From: a bacterium
GTDB lineage: Bacteria > UBA8248
Direction of reading: 5' to 3'
Length of the DNA: 64,000 bases
Assembly: GCA_965199855.1 (NCBI GenBank)
Contig: OZ241326.1
Span: 800,001-864,000 of the forward strand
Shown: positions 20,260 to 28,728 of the stretch, one piece after another
How the letters are laid out: the number at the start of each line of letters is the position of its first letter
Numbering within the stretch: the stretch's first letter is position 1
Made by a program: the position numbers and the translations under genes
Notes under the pieces: model-generated
The model's input: the letters and a program-made list of their open reading frames with translations, nothing else
Databases searched by the model: none
Told to the model about the DNA's origin: nothing

Positions 20260-21435
20260 GTGATCATGTATGACAATGTCGTAGCCCATAAAATCGCCGA
20301 GCAAGATCCAAGCGTTCCCCTGACGAACTTCTCTGCCGTCCAGCCCGATACGGCCCTGGAAAGCCTGAACCTGAACTGGCGAGAAAGAGACTTGCCTCAA
20401 AGATTGAGAACGAAGCACGTCCATTGCCTTCACCCCTACCTGGGAAAATTCATTCCGCAAATCGTAGAAATTTTTCTGCGCAAATTTCAGCCGCGGCTGG
20501 TCTATGATCCTTTTTGCGGTTCCGGGACGACTCTCGTCGAAGCGAAAACTTTGGGGATTCGCTCGCTTGGAACCGATATTTCCGCCTTCAACGTCCTGCT
20601 TTCGCGCGCCAAGACGAGCGATTACGACATCAGGACGCTCAAGAATGAAATTCAGGACATCTTGTTCAGACTTTCCATATTCAAGGAGCAATTCGCCGGT
20701 GAGGCGCGCAACGAATATCTGGAGGAATGGTTCTCGGAGCAGGCGAGAAGGGAGCTTCTATGCTATCTGGATTTGATCAAAGATTACGAATATCAAGATT
20801 TGCTCAAGATTATCCTTTCCCGCTCCGCGCGCTCGTCGAGACTCACAACCCACTTTGACCTGGACTTTCCCAAGAAGCCGCAAAAAGAGCCCTACGAATG
20901 CTACAAGCACGGGCGAATCTGCCGGCCGGTTCAGGAAGCCTACAAATTCCTGAAGCGATACACGATCGATACCTTGCGAAGGATTGAAGAGTTCCATCAA
21001 CTAAAGCCGGCAGGCGAGGCGGAAGCACTTCACGGAGACGCCCGGGCCATTGAATTGCCGAACGGGATAGACATGGTCTTTACTTCTCCTCCCTACATCG
21101 GCCTCATCGACTACCACGAACAGCACAGATACGCCTACGAACTGCTCGGTCTGGAAAACAACGAAGCGAAGGAGATAGGCTCCGCAAAAAAAGGGGCCTC
21201 TCAAAAGGCGAAGCGGGAATACATCGAAAGCATCAACGAGGTGCTGTTGCATACGCGCTGCCACATGGCCAAGGACGGGATTATGGCCATCGTGGTGAAC
21301 GACAAATACGGCCTTTACGATCCTTCCCAAGTCGGCTTCGAGGCCATCGGGAGAGTCGAACGGCACGTGAACCGCCGCACGGGCAGACGCGGCGACGCCT
21401 TCTACGAAAGCATCTTGATTTGGAAAAAAGCATGA
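20260..21435 (+). CDS. Amino DNA methyltransferase, probably N4-cytosine
   Basis: HPYLGKF, DPFCGSGTT (motif I) and FTSPPY (motif IV, SPPY type); coupled to the REase by ATGA overlap. Confidence 0.9.
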   Translation: MIMYDNVVAHKIAEQDPSVPLTNFSAVQPDTALESLNLNWRERDLPQRLRTKHVHCLHPYLGKFIPQIVEIFLRKFQPRLVYDPFCGSGTTLVEAKTLGIRSLGTDISAFNVLLSRAKTSDYDIRTLKNEIQDILFRLSIFKEQFAGEARNEYLEEWFSEQARRELLCYLDLIKDYEYQDLLKIILSRSARSSRLTTHFDLDFPKKPQKEPYECYKHGRICRPVQEAYKFLKRYTIDTLRRIEEFHQLKPAGEAEALHGDARAIELPNGIDMVFTSPPYIGLIDYHEQHRYAYELLGLENNEAKEIGSAKKGASQKAKREYIESINEVLLHTRCHMAKDGIMAIVVNDKYGLYDPSQVGFEAIGRVERHVNRRTGRRGDAFYESILIWKKA

Positions 21436-22247
21436 TTGAAAGGGAGACGCGACTTTGCATCAAGGGTTACCTTGAAGGCTTCATCCAAGGCATCATAGAC
21501 GACAAAGCCAGCGCCAGCTTCGATCCCAGAGAGTTGCGGCCATTCAGAAGCGAATCGAAAAAAGCCGATCTGAAGCCCTTCCATGAGTCTCTGCTTCCGG
21601 ACGGATTGCTCAGAATAAGCGAATTCGAAAGGTCGTTTTCCACCAAACTGGGAACGACGTTTGAGGAATGCGCCCGGCTCATCGCCCTCGCCCATCACAA
21701 GCACGCGGAGAGGGCGTATCGCGTTGCGGGTCAAATTTCTCTTGAAGCCGTCAGGTTCATCGAAGAGACGGTCAGCGCGATAGATTCCGGCGGACTGAAG
21801 AGGAGCTACCCAGAACTCATCGAGCAAACGCTCAGGCTTGCGGAGAAGGGGGAGCGCGCGGAAAGGAGCAGCATCGTCGATCTATACATTCTTACGCATG
21901 ACGACGCGAGAATTTTCATCGAGATCAAGAGCCCGAAGCCAAACAAGGGGCAATGCGTGGAAATCATGGGGCGATTGCTTCAGATTCATGGCCTGACTCA
22001 TCGGGAATACCCGAAAATCAAGGCGTATTACGCGACTGCCTACAACCCTTACGGTGTTGAAAAGTCAACATATAAGCACAGCTTCGCCCTGAATTATATG
22101 GACATGGAAAACGAAGTTCTGCTAGGAAGGGATTTTTGGGAGCTGGTCGGCGGAAACGGGACATACGAGGAAATCCTTGAGATTTATCAGGAGGTAGGAC
22201 GGGAAAAGGGACCGGCCATGTTCGAGCAGCTGGCGCTCGGGTATTAG
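21432..22247 (+). CDS. TdeIII/MjaII-family type II restriction endonuclease
   Basis: KPFHESLL, FERSFSTKLG, VDLY...FIEIKSPKPNKGQ, YNPYG, GRDFWELVGG...YEE. Confidence 0.85.
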   Translation: MIERETRLCIKGYLEGFIQGIIDDKASASFDPRELRPFRSESKKADLKPFHESLLPDGLLRISEFERSFSTKLGTTFEECARLIALAHHKHAERAYRVAGQISLEAVRFIEETVSAIDSGGLKRSYPELIEQTLRLAEKGERAERSSIVDLYILTHDDARIFIEIKSPKPNKGQCVEIMGRLLQIHGLTHREYPKIKAYYATAYNPYGVEKSTYKHSFALNYMDMENEVLLGRDFWELVGGNGTYEEILEIYQEVGREKGPAMFEQLALGY

Positions 22248-22641
22248 CTCCTTATTCACGGACGCGGGCCAAAAGCGACTGAACGAGGCCCATCCGATAG
22301 GCCGCCGATGACGCATACGCCATCCCGGCCCGGAGAGAACGCCGGCCCCGCGGCGGCGATGGAGACCGACGATGGATGACGCCGGGAAGAAGACCATGAT
22401 GGAGCAGATCGCGGCGGCTCGCGGGTGCCGTCTCGCCTGAGGCTTTCCTGAGTCCCGCCCCCGCGCGGATCATAGAGAATTGCGGCGAGGAGGCGGAGGC
22501 CATGCTTGCCAGGAGAATCGGCGAGCGCATGGGCATATTCACGGAGGCGGACAGGACGAGCGACCCCGCCGCGGCTCTCCCCGCGCCCGGGGCAACCCGC
22601 GCCCCCCTCGGCGCGCGCGATGCGAAGGATGAGCGGACGCG

Positions 22642-23085
22642 ATGAGCGACAAGCCCGAATTCGTCTGGGAAAACCTCAAGGTCGGCATGGTGATCGGCGA
22701 GCGCAGCCTCGAGGTGACCCAGGAGATGGCGGACGCCCACTGCGAGGCCGTGGGCGCGCGGCGGGAGCGATACGCGGGCGAATCCCCGACGGGCGGGCCC
22801 ATCGCGCCGCCGATGCTCTTCATCAACGACCTGCTCGCCATCTACGACGAGAACTACAGGCGGTTCGGCACCATCCACGCCAGGCTGGGCTACCGCTTCC
22901 ACCGGCCCGCGCGAATCGGCGAGACCGTGCGGCAGAAGGTCACGGTCACGGACTTATACGTCAAGAGGGGGAAGGGCTGGATCGTGAGCGAGCTGCGCGT
23001 GACGAGCGAGGCGGGGGCGCTCCTCCTCACCTCCTCGCACGCCTCCGTCCTGAGCCTCACTAGAAGGCACGCGGAAGATGGCTGA
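22642..23085 (+). CDS. MaoC/hotdog-fold dehydratase subunit
   Basis: PIAPPML, TIHA...YRFHRPARIGE, YVKRGK pattern. Confidence 0.8.
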   Translation: MSDKPEFVWENLKVGMVIGERSLEVTQEMADAHCEAVGARRERYAGESPTGGPIAPPMLFINDLLAIYDENYRRFGTIHARLGYRFHRPARIGETVRQKVTVTDLYVKRGKGWIVSELRVTSEAGALLLTSSHASVLSLTRRHAEDG

Positions 23086-23527
23086 GAATTTTCGCGGAAT
23101 CGAGGCGATGGAGGTCGGCGACGCCCTTCCCGCCTGGACGTTCGAGATGAGCCGGGAGTCCATCCTGAAGTTCAACCGCTACGTCGCCGGCGGGCGCGAT
23201 ACGAAGAACATCCACACGGACGACGCGGCGGCGCGCAGGGCCGGCCTCCCCCGGGCGGTGGCGACCGGCCGCCACCCCGTCGCCTTCATCGCCGAGCTGA
23301 TGGTCGAGCATCTGGGCGCGGGCTTCCTCGAGGGCGGCGAGCTGGACGTCGCCTTCGTCAAGCCCGTCTTTCCGGGCGACGTTCTCCATCTTTCGGCGAC
23401 GCTCAGGGAGAAGAGGCGCGAGGGCGGGGAGACGCGCCTCCTCTTCGATGTCGCGCTCGCCAACCAGGAGGGCGCCGCCGTCACGGTCGGGACGGCGGGC
23501 GGACGCCTCCCGGCCTCCGGCGCGTAG
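23078..23527 (+). CDS. MaoC-family dehydratase
   Basis: NIHTDDAAARRAGL...VATG, FVKPVFPGD. Confidence 0.85.
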   Translation: MAENFRGIEAMEVGDALPAWTFEMSRESILKFNRYVAGGRDTKNIHTDDAAARRAGLPRAVATGRHPVAFIAELMVEHLGAGFLEGGELDVAFVKPVFPGDVLHLSATLREKRREGGETRLLFDVALANQEGAAVTVGTAGGRLPASGA

Positions 23528-23537
23528 GCCGCGCCCG

Positions 23538-25670
23538 ATGCGCGCGCGCCGAGGCTCCCTCGACAGCCTCTTTCACCCGAAGTCCTTCGCGGTGGTGGGC
23601 GCCTCCTCGAACCTCCGCAGGCTGGGGGGCATCCCCCTGCGCCTCACGATGGAATACGGCTTTCCCGGCCCCGTCTACCCGATCAACCCCGCCCGCGAGG
23701 AAATCGCGGGGCTGAAGTGTTACCCGGACGCGGCTTCCCTTCCCGAGGCGCCCGAATTCGTCCTCGTCTGCGCGCCGCGGGACGACGTTCTCCCCGCCCT
23801 CGTCCAGTGCGCGGAGCGCGGGGCGCGCGCCGCCGCCGTCATCACCGCGGGCTTCGCCGAAGCCGGCGCGGAGGGAGCGGCGCTTCAGGAGAAGATGCTC
23901 GAGCTCCGCGCGGCGTCCGGCATGAGAATCCTGGGTCCCAACTGCATGGGCGTGGTTCACGTCCGCTCGAGGCTCATGGCCACGTTCACCATCTCCATCC
24001 GGGAGGACGATCCGCTGGTTCCGGGGGCGGCGGCGGTCGTCACCCAGAGCGGGGCGATGGGGGCGTGCATGCTGACGGGCCTTCAGGAGAGCGGCGCGGG
24101 GATAAGCGCGCTCGTGAGTCTGGGCAACGAGGCGGACATCGACTTCGCCGAATGCGTCGAATACTTCCTCGACGACCCCCACACGCGCGTCATCTGCGGG
24201 TATCTCGAATCGGTGAAGGACGGCGCGCGCCTCAAGCGCGCCGCCGCCCGGGCGCTCGCGCGGGGCAAGCCCATCGTCCTGCTCAAGGGGGGCAGGACGG
24301 AGGAGGGGGCGCGCGCCGCGCGGAGCCACACCGCCGCCATCACCACGTCGAGCGCCGTCTTCCGCGCCTTCGCCGACCAATACGGGATTCACGCGCCGGA
24401 CTCGATGGACGAATTTCTGGAAGTCGCGGACTTCCTCGTGCGCTCGAAGCCGATCGCGGGAAGCAGGCTGGGCGTCCTCAGCTTCTCGGGCGGGCTGGGC
24501 GCGCTCGCCGCCGACCTGGCGGCGGAGGCGGGCTTCGAGCTCCCCGCCCTGGGCGAGGAGGCGCAGGCGAGGCTGCGGGACGTCCTCCCCGACTACGCCC
24601 CGACGGAGAACCCCGTCGACCTCGTCTCCGTGATGGTCAGCCGGCCGGACAGCCAGCCCCTGCGCGCGGCGGGCGAGGCGGTGGCTTCGGACGAGGGAAT
24701 CGACGCCCTGCTCTTCCTCATGGGCATCTACCACCACGCGGGCGAGCGAATCGCGGAGCAGGTGAAGGGGCTGTTCGAGGCGCTGGACGTCCCCTTCGCC
24801 TTCGCCTGGCTCACGGGGCCGCGCGAGAGCATCCAGGCGCTCAGGAAGCAGTCCGCGCCCGTCTTCGGCGACTACCCCCGGGCGATTCGGGGGCTGGGGG
24901 CGCTTCTCTCCCTCGAACGGGCGCGCGAGGCCGCAGCCTCCCCGGCGCGCCCGATGAACCGCGCGCGGGCGGAGGCGGCGAGGGAGATCATCCGCGGGCA
25001 TCCGCCCTCGCCTGACGGCTTCTTGCCGCCCGAGGCGTGCGCCGGAATTCTCGACCTCTACGGGATTCCGAGACCCCGGGAAATTCTCGCCGAAACGCCG
25101 GAGGAGGCCCTTCGCGCGCGGGAGGAGATTGGGGGCTCCGTCGCGCTCAAGGCCGTATCCCAAAGCCTCACGCACAAGACGGAGGCGGGCGGCGCGCTCC
25201 TGGGCCTGGACGGGCCGGAATCCATCCTGGCCGGGGCGCGAAAGCTGCTCGCCCTGGCGCCCGACGCCCGCCTTCTCGTGCAGGAGATGGTCGAGGGCGG
25301 CGTCGAGCTGCTCGTCGGCGCGGCGCATGACCCGACGTTCGGCGCCTGCGTCACGGCGGGGCCGGGCGGGATATTCGTCGAGGCGCTCGGCGACGCGGCG
25401 CGCCTGCTGCCCCCCTTCGACGCCCGCCAGGCGGAAAGGGCGCTCCTGGGCCTTCGCTCGCGCGCCTTATTCGAGGGCTTCCGGGGCGGGCCGGCCGTTC
25501 CCCTCCCGCTCGTATCGGGTATAATCACGAAGATCGCGGACGTGGCGCTCGAACTGGAAGGGGAGCTCGTCGAGATGGAGATCAACCCGCTCATCGCGCG
25601 GGCGTCAGATTGCCGCGCCGTGGACGCGCGGATGCGGGCGCGCCCCGGGCGCGGGAGGAAGGGCGCATGA
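23538..25670 (+). CDS. ADP-forming acyl-CoA synthetase (acetate-CoA ligase family)
   Basis: LFHPKSFAVVGAS, RILGPNCMG, TQSGA, SLGNEAD, ARSHTAA, NPVD, HKTEAGG, EINPL. Confidence 0.92.
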   Translation: MRARRGSLDSLFHPKSFAVVGASSNLRRLGGIPLRLTMEYGFPGPVYPINPAREEIAGLKCYPDAASLPEAPEFVLVCAPRDDVLPALVQCAERGARAAAVITAGFAEAGAEGAALQEKMLELRAASGMRILGPNCMGVVHVRSRLMATFTISIREDDPLVPGAAAVVTQSGAMGACMLTGLQESGAGISALVSLGNEADIDFAECVEYFLDDPHTRVICGYLESVKDGARLKRAAARALARGKPIVLLKGGRTEEGARAARSHTAAITTSSAVFRAFADQYGIHAPDSMDEFLEVADFLVRSKPIAGSRLGVLSFSGGLGALAADLAAEAGFELPALGEEAQARLRDVLPDYAPTENPVDLVSVMVSRPDSQPLRAAGEAVASDEGIDALLFLMGIYHHAGERIAEQVKGLFEALDVPFAFAWLTGPRESIQALRKQSAPVFGDYPRAIRGLGALLSLERAREAAASPARPMNRARAEAAREIIRGHPPSPDGFLPPEACAGILDLYGIPRPREILAETPEEALRAREEIGGSVALKAVSQSLTHKTEAGGALLGLDGPESILAGARKLLALAPDARLLVQEMVEGGVELLVGAAHDPTFGACVTAGPGGIFVEALGDAARLLPPFDARQAERALLGLRSRALFEGFRGGPAVPLPLVSGIITKIADVALELEGELVEMEINPLIARASDCRAVDARMRARPGRGRKGA

Positions 25671-26107
25671 GCGGCAGAATCACCCCCGAAATCCGCGCTC
25701 TGGTGGGGCGAAGGCACGGGCCCTACCGCGTCCGCGTCGAGCAGGGGGCGATAGAGAAGTTCGCGGACGCCATCGGCGACCCGAACCCCGCCTACCGGGG
25801 TCCCCGGGCCATCGCGCCGCCCACGTTTCCCACCACCTTCCGGCCGAAGGACGCCTATCCCGACCTGCCGCCCGACTTCGGCGACGTGGGGCTTCACGCC
25901 TCGCAGGTCTATGAATTCGACCGCCCCCTGCGCGCGGGCGACGAGCTGGAGGTCTCCTTCACCATCAGGAGCGTCACGGAGAAGCCGGGCCGCTCGGGCG
26001 ATCTCGTTTTCATCGAGCGCGAATACGAATTCACGGACGCGCGCGACGGAACCCGCGCGGGCGGGGGGCGGTGGGTCTCCCTCCGGCGGTTTCAGAAGCG
26101 GGGATAG
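25667..26107 (+). CDS. MaoC dehydratase N-terminal-type (FAS1-like) subunit
   Basis: VEQGAIEKFADAIGDPNPAY, APPTF, LHASQVYEFDRPL. Confidence 0.87.
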   Translation: MSGRITPEIRALVGRRHGPYRVRVEQGAIEKFADAIGDPNPAYRGPRAIAPPTFPTTFRPKDAYPDLPPDFGDVGLHASQVYEFDRPLRAGDELEVSFTIRSVTEKPGRSGDLVFIEREYEFTDARDGTRAGGGRWVSLRRFQKRG

Positions 26108-26110
26108 GCG

Positions 26111-26521
26111 ATGAGCCTCCGAAAGGGCGACGCCCTGCCCGAACTCGCCAAGCCGCCCGTGTCGAGAATCCAGCTCGTGAAATACGCGGGCGCGAGCGGC
26201 GACTACAACCCGATTCACTTCGACGACGAGGCGGCGCGGGCGGGAGGGCTCCGGGGCGTCATCGCCCACGGGATGCTCTCGATGGGGTTTCTGGGGCAGT
26301 TCGTGGAGGCCGCCTTCGGCGCGGGAAGCTGCCAGAGGATCGAGGCGCGCTTTCAGGGCATGGTGAGCCTGGGCGAGGAGATCGTCTGCCGGGGCGTCGT
26401 CGCCGAGACGGGCGAGGAGGACGGCCGCCCCTTCGCCGTCTGCGAAATCGAGGCGGCGGACCCGGGCGGCCGCGTGGTCGCCTCGGGCGAGGCGCGCGCC
26501 TGGCTGGACTTGAACCCGTAG
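26111..26521 (+). CDS. MaoC-family dehydratase
   Basis: YAGASGDYNPIHFD, VIAHGM. Confidence 0.9.
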   Translation: MSLRKGDALPELAKPPVSRIQLVKYAGASGDYNPIHFDDEAARAGGLRGVIAHGMLSMGFLGQFVEAAFGAGSCQRIEARFQGMVSLGEEIVCRGVVAETGEEDGRPFAVCEIEAADPGGRVVASGEARAWLDLNP

Positions 26522-26534
26522 CGAGAGGATTTTT

Positions 26535-27278
26535 ATGAGACTCAGGGACAGAAACGCCCTCGTCACGGGCGCGGCGCAGGGCATCGGCCGCGCCGTCTGC
26601 CTGCGCTTCGCCGAGGAGGGCGCGCGCGTCCTCGCCGTGGACATGAACGAGGAGGCGGGCGAGGAGACGGCGCGCCTCATCCGGGAGGCGGGCGGGCGGG
26701 CGGCGTTCCACAAGGCCGACGTGAGCCGGCCGGAGGAGGTCGAGGGCGCGGTCGAGGCGTCGGAGAGCGCGCACGGCCCCATCCGCGTCATGGTGAACAA
26801 CGCGGGCGTCGTTCGCGCCGCCATGCTCCACAAGATGACCGAGGCGCAGTGGGACGAGGCGCTCGCCGTCCACCTGAAGGGAACCTGGGCGGGGATTCAG
26901 GCGGCGGCGAAGCGGATGATTCCCCGCAAAGAGGGGCGCATCATCAACGTCACCTCGGGCGCGGGGCTTCGCGGCACCATCGGCCAGATCAACTACGCCT
27001 CCGCCAAGATGGGCGTCGTCGGCGCGACAAAGAGCGCGGCGCGCGAGCTGGGCCGCTACGGCGTCACCGTCAACTGCGTCTCGCCCGCCGCCATCACCCC
27101 GATGACGGAGACCATCCGCACCGACGAGCGCTTCGAGTCGAAGTATCTGGAGCGCATCTGCCTCGGCAGGTGGGGGGAGCCGGAGGAAGTGGCGGCGGGC
27201 TTCGCCTTCCTAGCGTCGGATGAGGCGAGCTACGTGACCGGCATCGTCCTCCGCATCGACGGCGGCCTGGGGATGTGA
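26535..27278 (+). CDS. SDR oxidoreductase (3-oxoacyl-thioester reductase-like)
   Basis: TGAAQGIG, NNAG, YASAK. Confidence 0.92.
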   Translation: MRLRDRNALVTGAAQGIGRAVCLRFAEEGARVLAVDMNEEAGEETARLIREAGGRAAFHKADVSRPEEVEGAVEASESAHGPIRVMVNNAGVVRAAMLHKMTEAQWDEALAVHLKGTWAGIQAAAKRMIPRKEGRIINVTSGAGLRGTIGQINYASAKMGVVGATKSAARELGRYGVTVNCVSPAAITPMTETIRTDERFESKYLERICLGRWGEPEEVAAGFAFLASDEASYVTGIVLRIDGGLGM

Positions 27279-27344
27279 GGGGGCGGCCAGTCGCCTGGCC
27301 ATTTTCCCGATCAGGGGCATCCAATCTTCATTAGGGCCGCCCGG

Positions 27345-27790
27345 AACCCGTAGGGGCGGTTCGGGAACCGCCCGTTGCGGACGATAACGGCGTTGATTCG
27401 GACAACCACAAGGGGTTGTCCCTACGAAATACCCCGCCGTCATTCCGGCGGAAGCCGGAATCCAGAACGGTCGCGTCATTCGAGAAAGACGGGCGGCCGC
27501 CCGATCATTCACCTGACCATCGGCGCAGGGTTTCGTAGGGGGCGCATATATGCGCCCCGAACGGATGAGCGCGCGGGCGCGGAGGCGAAGAATATCCACC
27601 GGATCGGTTGCGCGCGCGTGGCTTCGCAGGGGCGACCCGTCCGCAACCCGTAGGGGCGGTTCGGGAACCGCCCGTTGCGGACGATAACGGCGTTGATTCG
27701 GACAACCACAAGGGGTTGTCCCTACGGATGCGAAACCACCCAACCGTCGCCAGCCTACGCGCGGGGCGCATATATGCGCCCCCTACGAAC
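27345..27790. repeat. REP/BIME-like palindrome cluster, including an exact 82-bp direct repeat
   Basis: GTAG-type REPs (CGTAGGGGCGGTTCGGGAACCGCCC; CGTAGGGGGCGCATATATGCGCCCC) and a CGTC-type REP (CGTCATTCCGGCGGAAGCCGGAATCC); 27345-27426 is identical to 27645-27726. Confidence 0.85.
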
Positions 27791-27817
27791 CCAAAGACCC
27801 CGCCCCGTGAAACGCTC

Positions 27818-27971
27818 GACCCCCGACGCCTTTCGACGCCGGGGGTCTTCCTCGCCATGCCACGCCCCGCCCTGCCAAGCCTGGCCGAGCCATGCCTTGC
27901 CCTACCTTGCCGCGCCGTGCCCCGCCTGGCCAAACCTAGCCGTGCCCTGCCGGGCCACGCCTCGCCATGCC
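27818..27971 (-). ncRNA. GGY-NN pentamer array 2 (24 units) with 3' hairpin; putative guide RNA
   Basis: 27852-27971 holds 24 contiguous units (22 GGC-NN, 2 GGT-NN), then GGAAG and a 13-bp stem with a GAAA loop (27818-27847). Confidence 0.75.
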
Positions 27972-28010
27972 TCGAACTGTCAGTTTCTCACGCTTCGCGT
28001 CGTTTTCAAT

Positions 28011-28125
28011 GAGCGCGGGGGTAATATATTCGGGCCCCCGCTCCCCTTCCTCGCCAAGCCTCGCCTCGCCAAGCCTCGCCGAGCCCAGCCACGCCTTGCC
28101 ATGCCCAGCCGAGCCACGCCCCGCC
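28011..28125 (-). ncRNA. GGY-NN pentamer array 1 (15 units) with 3' hairpin; putative guide RNA
   Basis: 28051-28125 holds 15 contiguous GGC-NN units starting 3 nt after the stop of the RAMP-like gene, then GGAAG and a hairpin at 28011-28043. Confidence 0.75.
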
Positions 28126-28128
28126 CCG

Positions 28129-28728
28129 CTAATCCGTCAACGCCTCGATGCTCTCCGTCTCGAAGCGTCCATAGACGCCGGATTTCTCCGGCCGCCAGTC
28201 GCCCAGGCCGATGCGGCGGCCGGCGATGTCCAGCCACGCTTCCAGCTGGCTCTGATCGACGAGCTCGTCATCCGCCTCGACGACGAACGCCACCCCCCAT
28301 TCGTCGAATTTCGCCCGCGTTCGCAGGACGCGGCTGCGCTGGACGACGACGCCCGTCGTGAACTGCGCGGTCTTGGCGAGCGCCTCCGCCGTCGCTCCCA
28401 TGCTCCTGTCGTAGGAGAACTCCTCGACTTTCTCCACGAGCATCCCCTCGCGCACCTGCGGGCCCTGCTTCAGCTTTCGCGCGCCCGTTTCGATGGCCGC
28501 CCTGAGCATGCCTTCCGGGACGGTAGGCCCGCCGTCCGCGTCGAGATAGAGACTGGTGAGGCAGTCGAGCTCCCGGAGCCGGGCTTCGTCGGACTCCGTG
28601 CGGTTGCTCCCCCGCTTTCGCGCGATTTCCGCCTTCTCGACGTTGGCAGGGGATCGCGCGTCGAGTCCAGCCGCGCCGTTGTGCATGATGAGCGGTCTGA
28701 TGCCCCTGATTTTGATTCTGTATCGCAT
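28129..28728 (-). CDS. Stand-alone Cas7/RAMP-like RNA-binding protein (199 aa)
   Basis: GGGGAGAGG RBS; N-terminal strand YRIKIRGIRPLIMHN; PTVPEGMLRAAI; thumb-like VVVQRSRVLRTRAKF; C-terminal Gly-rich loop IGLGDWRPEKSGVYGRF. This is the motif order of Cas7-group RAMPs. The gene is hidden at the end of the 717-aa ORF in the track. Confidence 0.75.
   Translation of the reverse strand: MRYRIKIRGIRPLIMHNGAAGLDARSPANVEKAEIARKRGSNRTESDEARLRELDCLTSLYLDADGGPTVPEGMLRAAIETGARKLKQGPQVREGMLVEKVEEFSYDRSMGATAEALAKTAQFTTGVVVQRSRVLRTRAKFDEWGVAFVVEADDELVDQSQLEAWLDIAGRRIGLGDWRPEKSGVYGRFETESIEALTD

Noticed and set aside
27345-27726. 82-bp direct repeat as a CRISPR array
   Set aside because: Only two copies, too long, built from REP palindromes, and the 218-bp interval itself contains REPs.
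27852-27971. Concatenated NN of array 2 reads ATG...TGA (MSPDYSGRKEIPLGV*)
   Set aside because: Probably coincidence: the array begins and ends with the same AT-GA unit pair, and no mechanism for removing GGY is evident.
27505-28361. ORFs with ARRG/PRLA/PCLA repeats (27505-27933, 27608-28012, 27675-28361, 27980-28237)
   Set aside because: These are translations of the 5-nt periodic arrays; a period of 5 with strict GGY conservation is not codon-driven, and they lack RBSs.
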